Made by a program: the position numbers and the translations under genes
Shown here: positions 53,990-64,000 of the stretch, in pieces
How the letters are laid out: every line of letters begins with the position of its first letter
Numbering within the stretch: the stretch's first letter is position 1
The notes under the pieces: generated by a model
What the model was told of the DNA's origin: nothing
What the model saw: the letters and a program-made list of their open reading frames with translations, nothing else
The model's database searches: none
Source: Octopus sinensis
Taxonomy: Eukaryota
DNA: 64,000 bases
Assembly (NCBI RefSeq): GCF_006345805.1
Contig: NC_042999.1
Location: forward strand, 53,382,001 to 53,446,000
Direction of reading: 5' to 3'

Positions 53990-55100
53990 CTTATAAGCCT
54001 TACCATAAGCCCAACAAGAAACTTTCGCACATTCACAATCTTGTCACCCCCACCAAAAACCACAGTGGGTAAAAGCTTACTGCCAGCATTAGCTGCATGA
54101 TATTTAATGTTTTTTTCCTCTAAAGACATTTTTGAGAAGGTAACCCACTACCAATAGTGGCACTAAAGAATTATTTTACAATCCCTCAACGAGTTACAGA
54201 AGTAGACATAGAATAATTTGGTTCGTCCCTCCCTTTTACCTTAAAGTTAAAAACAACATAGATAAAATATTCCTGTCCCTTTTAGACATACATATTTCCT
54301 AAAATCACAGCTACAGAAAAATATTCCACAGGTACTCAGTTAAATTATTTATCATATATCTGCTGCCCTAATATCAAGAGCATCATTACACGCAAACACT
54401 ACCAAGAGACTACTCCTAGTTGCAATTGTCGAAACTCAAGAAACTGCCCACTCAACCACGGGTGTATCCGACATATATGAGGCAGAATTTACAGCAACAA
54501 TAGATTAGAAACATAAGCAAAAAGAAGAGCTACATCGGGTTATGTGAACGCGACTCAGAAATCACTTTATTAAAGATATATCTCCCTTTCGGTACAGGGA
54601 CAGACCGAAAGCCATTAAGTTGGTTAGCCATGTAAGGAGTTTGAAGTCTAAAGTCCTACAACATACAATCAAGTGGGGATAGTTGAAAATCCTATACCAC
54701 ATGTCATCGGATCAAAAAAACATATGAGCTAATGGTAACTGAACGAGCACAGATCATTTTCACAACTCCACTGTACTGTTGAATTGCTGATCTGAAATTT
54801 TCAACGGATGTAAACATATAGATACGTTCCTGTTGGCTAATTGGAAAATACGACCCTCTCCGTATTGAGTAGCTTTAGTGCAATCTCCGGGACCCTATCC
54901 ATTCAGTCTTATGGCTATACGGTCAAAGGAGATATAATTAATTTCTCGCCCTTCATTTCTTTGTTGGTATTTTCGACCTTCAAACTTTTACATCTATATT
55001 TATCGACTTTTTCACCATTCCTCTTATGTTTTAGCTTGTTATGCCATGTGGTCAAATCTTGAAGATTGTATGAGGCACGAGACGTGTTATAAAATTTATC
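53990..55100 (+). mobile_element. Penelope-like element, second lineage (RT C-terminus + GIY-YIG), decayed
   Basis: YHKPN..HIH, RIIWFVPPF, CNCRNSRNCPL, YIGLCE, IKW, LLNCxSEIFNGCKH. Confidence 0.8.
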
Positions 55101-55190
55101 TCTCACCATATCAGACAGAGTGCTTTGTTATTGAGTTTACATTCACGGAACTGTGTACCACACACACACGCACACACACGCACACACACG

Positions 55191-55240
<50 letters not shown>

Positions 55241-55243
<3 letters not shown>

Positions 55244-56235
55244 ATGATGAAATTCCATATAGAATTAGGAAAGAAAGTGTTGCTTTCGGAAGGCGAGTCG
55301 TATGCAGAATGACAAAGATAAATGTGTACAAGGCATGTGTGCTCCCTTCTCTTCTCTATGCTTGCGAGACGTGGGTCACATATCGATACCACCTTAAACA
55401 ACTGGAACGTTTCCATCAGATGTGCCTCAGACGGATCTATGTCATTAAGTAGGAGGACCGCATCAGTGATCTGGAAATATTGGAAGGCTTTCTGTGCGAA
55501 AGTATAGCAGCTCTTGTGCTAAAGCAAACGCTCAGATGGAGTGGTCATCTGGTCAGGATGAAGGATTCAAGGATACCAAAACAACTTTTTTATGGAGAGT
55601 TAGCTAAAGGAGAACGACCTCCATATAAACCAAAAAAGAGGTATAATGACTTACTGAAGGCTTCCTTAAGAGATGCTTGCATATCTCCTGACACATGGAA
55701 GGGCATAGCTATTACTCGTAGCAGGTGGGGAAGGATTGTGTACGAGGGAACAGCTACTTTTGAGAAATCTCGAGAAAGTAAGGAGGGATTTCAGGAAGAG
55801 CATCGCTGTTACACTTCCAGATGGGAAGTGTCTTCCTTTGATGCTGACATGCAGTGTCTGTGGAAGATCCTGCCTCAGTAAAGCTGGACTCAAGAGTCAT
55901 CTTCGTAGTCATAAAGCGAGACAGATAAGTGACAACCTGGCCACTGGTGGTGGTGTTACACACCATACTAATCATATCTGTCAGGCATGTGGAAGAAAGT
56001 GTAATTCGGCAGGAGGACTTAAACGACATGCCCAGTTACAACTACAGCCGGCTATTCCCGGTAAAGGTTTTGGCTGCCAATTCTGTACAAGACATTGTAG
56101 ATCTTTAGCTGGGCTAAAAATCACATTCGATCACAGCACCAATTACAGTTAAGCATCGTGCAATGGCCATACTCGATAACGTGGGGGCAGCCATCTTCAT
56201 GTATGTATGTATGTATGTATGTATGTATGTATATG
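55241..56235 (+). mobile_element. RTE (BovB-like) LINE 3' portion with three zinc-finger units and (TATG)n tail
   Basis: VYKACVLPSLLYACETW, LRWSGHLVRMKDSRIPKQLFYGEL; CSVC..HLRSH, CQAC..KRH, CQFC.. Confidence 0.9.
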
Positions 56236-57035
56236 TGTGTGTGCGTACATACATAGGCGCACGCAGGCGAGATGTTTCTGATTCAGTAGTATTTGTGTCA
56301 GTAGCTAGTGAGTTCCATACTTTGTCGGGAGTGTTCTTGCCAAAAAGCAAGGAATTAAATGTTATTGCTGTTCTAATTGCGATTTGTTTCTTTACACCAC
56401 TTTCTCGTTTGTTGGAATCTCTAAAATTATTCTCTATTTACACAGGACATGATTGAAGCAATTGCTTATAACTTGTGTCTCATATTTTCTCATTTTAAAA
56501 TCAACAATGTTTCCATTGTATCAAAATTTCACTACTGTTGTATCCATCTTCACCTAAGAAATTATCTTTATAAAAAACGTTGCCTATTTCAATTCACGTG
56601 TTCTGGTAGTATATAATCTTTTCCAGAATGAGCATCACTTCCTTTCAACGACCAAGAAGAAGGTTTATTATATATTACGTAAGAATATTGTGGGTGTACT
56701 TGATGTTAGCTTAGAAATAGGAATGAATATTTTCCTTTGAACTCAAGGAAACATGCATAAATTATTTCGTATCTTTGGGGAATTCTTTGAAGATGCAAAC
56801 TGATACTTAGAATAACTGATAGATAGTTTAGCGAAAACGATGGAACTTTGTCATTCTAAGTATTATCTAGCTGTTCATTTCTATGTGGGTAAATATTCGG
56901 GATATCATTTACACCCAGAATTCTGCAGTACAAATACTGCTTTGAACATTCTCATCGTTCACCATTCATCAGTTTCAAACATTTGTTCACACTCGGAAAA
57001 CATCTGTTTGAAATCTTCATGTTACATTGCATTCC

Positions 57036-57070
<35 letters not shown>

Positions 57071-57073
<3 letters not shown>

Positions 57074-57266
57074 ATCCAAACAAAGACGTAGTACAAGTAC
57101 TGTATTATCAGAGGCTCAGGAAAGGAAGGAAAGAGGATCTAACGTTTCGAGAAAAAGCTCTTCTTCAGAAATAGAGGTAAGTCCAAAGGAAGGGAAGACG
57201 GAGGAAGAAAATCGCCAACGGTACACACGTGATTACATTTTGAACAGGCAAAAACGGTTATCCAAT

Positions 57267-57308
<42 letters not shown>

Positions 57309-57485
57309 GATTTTTGTCCTCTGTCTTTCCTTCTCTGTATCTGTCTTTCTCCTATGTTTCCGATGAAGAGCTCCGCTCGAAACGTTAAGCCCTCTTTCTT
57401 TCCTGAGCGTCCAATAATACTATATTTGTTCCACGTCCTCGTGTTGTTGTGTTTTTTTTTTTGTGCTTTCTTGTTTGGATTAACT
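57071..57485. mobile_element. inverted pair of pLTR-like repeats with hammerhead-like motifs, separated by (TA)n
   Basis: 57071-57217 (minus) mirrors 57305-57482 (plus); GAAGAGC..CTCGAAACGTTA in both. Confidence 0.7.
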
Positions 57486-58504
57486 TATATATATATATAT
57501 GAAATTGGATACCTGTTTTTGCCTGTTTTATTATGTTATAGGATGCCCGCTTTGGATTGAAAATGAACGAACACAGCTCAAGGATATGTTTCCTCCCATT
57601 TATAACGCCATATCCTTTAGGATTCAGCAATGATCTCTTATCTTCATCATTCATTCATTTCCGCCATTTATGTAATGTTTTTCCGATATTTTTAACCCTT
57701 TACTACATATATTTTTCTTTTGTGTGTTTTGTTATCGATCTCATTAACAATTGAGATATTTTTATCTTATTTTCTATGACACCCTGTATCTTCCTTGGGT
57801 TTAGATGATCTTATATCAGCATTCCTGAAGTGGTTTCCTTTGTGACTGCAACTTTATTGATCAGTTTATTTCTTATAGTGATATTAATGTTTGCATCTGT
57901 CTTCTTTATGCGTTTATGTCTATAATGGCGTAGTTTCCGTTTTGCATTGTTGCTTCAATTTTGTTGCTAAGTTTCAATTTTGTGGCTTAGAACTTTGTAG
58001 CCATGTTTGCTCTTTAACTATTTAGATAAATGTCATTACAACAAAACGAACGGTTTACATTTCTCATTTAGGCCAGTGATATTTTTTATATTTTATTTTC
58101 TCCTTGTCGTTAATGGATATCTTTTTACTAAAAGTTAATTGTGTTCATATTTTCGTTGATGTAGTTTTGTTAATCGATATTATGTTGGTTTGTTATTTAT
58201 TTGTTTAGCGACCGTTATCAGTATCGTTGTGATTTATGTACCAATGTCTGCGCTTCAAATCTTTTGTATTTTGGTGATTCTAAATTGTTTTCCATTGCCC
58301 GTTCATTATGTGTTTTTTTTCTAATATCTATTAATTTCTACATAGACTGTTTTATTCACATTTATTCTACGAAACAAAATGATAGGTTTGAGAGTGTTTA
58401 GATCATAATCACTAGCTCTCACAGTATATCCATCCACCAATCTAACTCTTTCCGTCCACACAGACGCATACACATGAATGTATGTTTGGAAAGTCCGGTG
58501 TTGG

Positions 58505-59772
58505 CACAGATGTCAGATTACATCTTAAATTTTATCAAGAAATCAATGAAGAACTAGAATACAAAGTTAACGTCAGATGGACAATTTTTGGCGAGGGTTA
58601 ACATCAAGAGAGGTATATTTCAAAGTGATAGACTATTATCATTGCTGTTTTGTGAGAAGATTTGATACCGCAACTTTTGTACAAACATCAAAACCAGCAA
58701 AAAGTCACATTCTTCTTATTAGAAAGCTTGCAAATTCTCAAGAATCTTGAATTCGATAAAGAAAGTGAAACCACTGCCACCAAACAAGCGAATCAGATAA
58801 CAGACTGCAAAAAAGAACGGGTAGAAACAAATTGGAGAGCGGTGGGGACAGAAGCCCCTGGATGGACAATATTTTCTTCGAAGGTGAAATTCTCAAGTGG
58901 ACCAAGCACAAGCCCATTAGTGGCTGAAAATTTCAAGACTGAAGGGTATACATTGACAGCACAAGATTAAAGATTGCTTATCAGACACTACCAGGCTAAC
59001 GTTCTTCAAAACGGTTCTGACCCTAAATGCAGATTCTGCGATACATTTGAGGAAACAATAGACCATTTCATTTCGGGATGTCATGTGCTGGTACCAAACG
59101 AATACAAAAATTGCCACGATAGCGGTAGAAGTATTTACATTGGAAAATATGTAAACACTGAAAAATCAGCACTTCTGTTTACTGGTATGAACATCATCCT
59201 GAGCCTGACGCTGAAGGTAAAAATGTCATTATTCTCTGGGACTTTCCAGTCAACACTGATAAAATGACTCTGGCTAATCAACCAGACATAATTATTAAAG
59301 ACGGAGAAAAAAATACTTGTAAACTAATAGATGTAAGTATTCCCACTGATAAAAATATATATGTCAAAGAATTTAACAAAGTTAGTAAATATAAGGACAT
59401 GGAAATTGAAATACAAAAGATGTAGCATCTTAAAGCAAGAACTGATCCTATTGTAGGTGCCCTAGATATGATTTTAGAAAGAGGGATGTCAGAAACATCT
59501 GGATAAGATCCCAGGAGAACTATGTCTCAGAGAAATCCAAAAGAGTGTGCTGACAAGTATTGTCCACATCCTTAGAAAAACCCTGTCAATTTAAATGTTT
59601 GTGTTGTATCACATGAGGTTATTTCGTTACTGCCTCTGCCACTTCCCCTCTCCACGCTTTCAGTCATACTGTAACATCTCTTATCTTTCACTCTCCCTAA
59701 GACGCTGGGTGTGTCTCGACAATTGATTGTAACAAGCATGCAGACTAAGAGTAAATAAGAATAATAATAATG
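58505..59772 (+). mobile_element. R4/Dong-type LINE, internally deleted
   Basis: VNIKRGIFQ, TEGYTLTAQD, CRFC..ETIDHFISGC, LWDF, NQPDIIIKD..LIDVSIP; ends in (TAA)n. Confidence 0.88.
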
Positions 59773-59774
59773 CA

Positions 59775-60885
59775 ACAAAAGTTCAGAGTATGGAATGATT
59801 TGATCAGAGAAATCGCAGAAATATGGCATTTGGAGGGCGTTACAAAGCCAATGATTGCAAATGCACTAGGAATCATCAAAAAATAATCTGGACATTAACA
59901 TCACCGAATGAAGTGCAAACAAAATGTTTTATGTGGTATGTCAGTCACACATTGAAAAGCTCATTTTCTTTGCGAGAACGATTACCAAACACGTAACTAT
60001 CTTTATTTGATTTGTTAATGACCAGTCGGTTGTATTTATTTTAATGGCCTATGTATGTTTGGACTAAGTCTTTTGCCGATTGTCGGGAAGACACTGGGCA
60101 AAAAATGGAAGCAAAATTGGAAGATGAAAAATTAATAATAATAAGACTATACTAACAGCGCAAAACTAAGTTTTGGCTACGAATTGTAAGATCAAAATCT
60201 GAGGAGATGAGCAAGTGTCCCCACTATGCCACATCTGTAATAGAGTAGACGAAATCATTGCCCATATCACTAACGAATCCCTAGACTTACCCAAAACCAC
60301 TACAAGTTGAGGCGACATGAACAGGTACCGAAAGTGCTACATTGGAAACTGCGAAAAGTGGGGCTAGAGAGAGATCAGACCTGGTATGAAGAGAAACCGT
60401 AGAGAGTAGCGGAGTCGGAGACTAGCGAAATCACCTGGTATTTCTCAATCCAAACAGATCAGGTGCTAGAGTATAACAGATTGGACCTGATGGTGGTAGA
60501 CAAGATGCACCTCATATGCTATATAGTTAATGTTGCATGCCCCTTTGACCCACGAACAGTAAAAAAGGAAGGCGAAAAAATAGGTAAGTACAACCCTATG
60601 TAAAGTATGAAATAGCCCGGCTATGGAAAATGAAGAAGGTGAAGATAGTGCCAATGATTGTTGGCTCGTTGGGAAAGGTATCAGAAAGCATCAAAAGAAA
60701 TATAAAGGGAACTGGAATAGAACTGTTACAAAATGTTTGCCTCCTTAGCACTGCCAGAATAATCAGGAAAGTATTAGATAGCTGAAAAGGGACGAATAGC
60801 ATGGCACCGTAGTAAGTCCGCTACGCATGCAAGATTCCAGGCGATCCAACAAAACTTATGATAAAGAGAAATAATACTAATTATA
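59775..60885 (+). mobile_element. two further tandem R4/Dong-type 3' fragments
   Basis: CHICNRVDEIIAHI, RHEQVPKVLHWKL, DLMVVDK, IVPMIVGSLG; each ends in TAA-rich sequence (about 60135 and 60875). Confidence 0.75.
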
Positions 60886-60889
60886 ATTT

Positions 60890-61080
60890 CTAATGTTGGC
60901 ACAGGGGCTGCAAATTTGAGGTAGTAGGTAAGTAAATCACATCGGCCCTAGTATTTGACTGCTAATTAATTTATCGACCCTCAATGGATGATTGTCGAAG
61001 TCAGCTTGAGCAGAATTTGATCTCAGAACTTAAAGACTTACAACGTTTTGCCCGGCGTCCTACCGATTGTGCCAGCTTTG
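60890..61080 (-). mobile_element. SINE family A, decayed
   Basis: TTTATCGACCC..AATTTGATCTCAGAAC..TGCCAGCT. Confidence 0.7.
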
Positions 61081-61539
61081 CGATTTGATATCAGAAATAC
61101 TTTTGCTGGAAAGTTACCAATAAAATGGTCAGAATAAGTGACGTTTGTCATTGGTAGCGAATTCCATGGTTTCTTTTAAATCACATGATGTTTGTCTTTA
61201 TGATACGGAGAAGAAGTAGATTATCATTTGACTATGCTAGGATATTTTAATACCCGTTGGATGGGTGTGACTAGTTTACAGGTAGATTGCAAGTGAGTTC
61301 CGATGTTTTAGTAGCAGTTTATGAAGTGTTGTGTAGAACAAGGCTTGTTAAAAGTGAATCACTTGTGGCTGATGTATAATATGAAGAGCGAGTCATATAC
61401 AAATACACTTTGATAAGTTTTGAGAAACGCATCATCAAAACAAAATATAAGTTCGTGCGATCTGACTGGAACATTCCATTATTATATACGTATATTTCCA
61501 TAGTAAAGGACTTGTCTTTGACATTTGCTGAAACAGCCA

Positions 61540-62900
61540 ACCAGCTATGGGTACACCTAATTTGATAAAGTTCATTTCGTCTGATGCGACCATATGCAAC
61601 CTTGCTGAAAAAAGGGATTTAACGTAAAGTTTAGACCCGAAATATATGACGGAGGTTTATAAAAGTAGGGTTGTTTGTACACGTCATAACAATCCCAGTC
61701 GCCAATATGTTGCTAACGCCAGAGTAAAAACTTTTTTTATGGGGAAAAATAGATAAACTATTAGCTAATGTATGGCACAGCAAGGAATGTACACTGTAAA
61801 TCTGGTAATTCAGAAAACAATGCTGGTCAGACTGATTGGAAGAATAAAACTATATTCTTTTATGAGAAAGAAAATGAATTGTTAAAACTTCCATTTATAT
61901 TTCCAATTAGGATTTATTGAGGATATTTATTTGCATTGGTTAAGAAAGATACACGTAAAAAGAGACAAATTGAAGAAATTAGCAACTATGTTAACAAGAT
62001 TTCAATCTCTTTGGATGGAGGCACGGATGGATTTCACAATTCAATCTTCATGTTGGGCATCGCAAGAGGGACTTTATCTAGATGGTTGCGAGATTTACAA
62101 CGACTCTCTGTAGATAGCGTTGTAGATGGGGGACTGTACGTTTGTGGTGTAGAGATCGATAAGGGAAACATTAAATATTCAGTACCATGACATTGAGCAC
62201 TTTGCTGAAGAATAATTCACAGAAGGCGAAATGGGACTCCATCATAGGGTAGCATTTCTTAATAATCGGTAGGATATTGTAAACGAGTAAATGTCTTAAA
62301 TAAAATAATAGGTGGAATCTAATAAAACTCAGAACCAAATTAAAGAAGTAACTAAATACAACAAACTCTGAATAAATTAACTAATTTATGCAATGGCCAC
62401 AACAAAAAAGTGAATATTTCTTTAAAACGCCTCGTCTACAGATAGATAAAAGGAAGAAATCACTAAACATTAGAAATAACGATAGTAAATTGATAGTTTC
62501 TTTCATTCTTTAGATCGAGAATAAATAGAAAATGAACGATCTTATTCTTGGAAATGTTCGTAATCCCAGACTTACAAATACTTTAAAATTAATGAAGCAG
62601 ACAGAATTTCATTCTGACAAAGGGGAATACGAAATCAAAGGCCAGTCAAATCGTGAGATTCTTCCTAATTCGCAAATAAACTTTCGCGCTAAATCGTCAA
62701 TAAGTCTTTGAACAAAATAATGTACAGAAGCGAAAACCATTTTAACAAGTGAGTGTGAGAGAGAAATAAAGAATACAGTTTTAGTCGGAAGTGCACTTGG
62801 AGATTTTAAAGAAGAATGTACAATGGAGCAACAGCAGACGCAAATAAGATTTTTAAAAACAAGATCTACTTCAAAAAATATGATAGGAAGAAATAACGAC
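61540..62900 (+). mobile_element. possible hAT transposase relic
   Basis: ISISLDGGTD (SLQLDESTD-like), TSECER (dimerisation motif-like); weak. Confidence 0.35.
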
Positions 62901-63037
62901 GGTTGCAATCGTGATATTACAAATTACGAACTTGAGAACCTAAGAAACTGAGAAAGTTCAGACATTACGTTAAAATATGTTTAAAATATTCAAAAATATT
63001 AAACATTGTTCTGAGAGTGTTAGAGGTAAAATATCTG

Positions 63038-63263
63038 TTTATTGCCCTCAAGGGGCTAAACATAGAGGGGACAAACAAGGACAGACAAACGAATTAAGTC
63101 GATTACATTGACCCCAGTGCGTAACTGGTACTTAATTTATCGACCCCGAAAGGATGAAAGGCAAAGTCGACCTCGGCGGAATTTGAACTCAGAACGTAAC
63201 GGCAGGCGACATACCGCTAAGAATTTGGCCCGGCGTGCTAACGATTCTGCCAGCTCGCCACCT
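63038..63263 (-). mobile_element. SINE family A
   Basis: near-identical to 41992-42222. Confidence 0.92.
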
Positions 63264-64000
63264 TCGAGTGTCAGAGCTAAAATATCACCGACATTACCAC
63301 GAATTGAAAGGGATCTTAATTTTCAAGAATATTTATCAACAATTTGTAAAATTAAAGGTCTATTACATACATAAGTATTCCTGGCTTATGTATTATCACC
63401 AGAATTATGAGGCTTATCAGAAAAGGTGAAATGTCGCAGTAAAGAATCACATATTGAGGAAGAAGGGCGAAAAGAAGAAAAAGAGGAAAAAGAAAGAAAA
63501 AAAGAGGAAAACGAAGAGGGGAAGCTGACAACATGGGTTTTAATTATGTTTGTTTAACACAAGAAATTTTGAAACATTATCCCAGTGTAAGACATTTCTA
63601 ATTAAGTTATAGCTAATTAAATCGTCACTAATTAAACAGGTGTCAAATGTGAAGCTTTTTGAATAAAAATTAATCACAAGGAAAACATTTAACCTCAAAA
63701 TAAATTCCATTTACAGAAAATATAATTTTCCCTTTATTCCCGTTCGCTTATGTAGAGTATCTGGAGTTAACTTCTTTAACCAATATGCTGAACCAGATTC
63801 TGTTCGGATCTGAATGTTATTGGATGGCAATTAAGAAGCTCTCTATAACTGACATCTAATTGTATGTGGCAGATGATAAACATATGGGGAATCCGTTAAA
63901 TTTATTTCCCCTATGGTGCAGAAAAATTAATATGAAATTCCGTTTGTAAAACTTTGCTAGGACAACGTCGAACAGCAGAAAATTAATAAAATGACAGTTG

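Noticed and set aside
55736-56152. Host C2H2 zinc-finger gene
   Set aside because: Contiguous with RTE ORF and tail, so retroelement-derived

Overview
AT-rich, repeat-dominated animal DNA, intronic or intergenic. The tRNA-derived SINE families and dense microsatellites look like an octopus (coleoid cephalopod) genome; this is an inference from recalled repeat families, not a database result. No intact protein-coding gene is recognisable. The window holds decayed transposons: two copies of one mariner family, other mariner/Tc1 relics, probable piggyBac and hAT relics, a CR1/L2-type LINE, two RTE 3' ends, many R4/Dong-type LINE fragments, several Penelope-like (GIY-YIG) elements and four modular SINE families. 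The most notable signal is about ten hammerhead-ribozyme-like motifs. Several sit in fold-back (inverted) mini-elements next to (TA)n tracts, best seen at 40062-40288, where a 102-bp inverted repeat carries a core-intact minimal hammerhead on each strand. Also noted: a candidate signal-peptide exon of a minus-strand host gene (34661-34778), a SINE/LINE shared 3' tail with a covarying hairpin, an RTE with three tandem zinc-finger units, and a 36-bp templated insertion. Boundaries of decayed elements are approximate.
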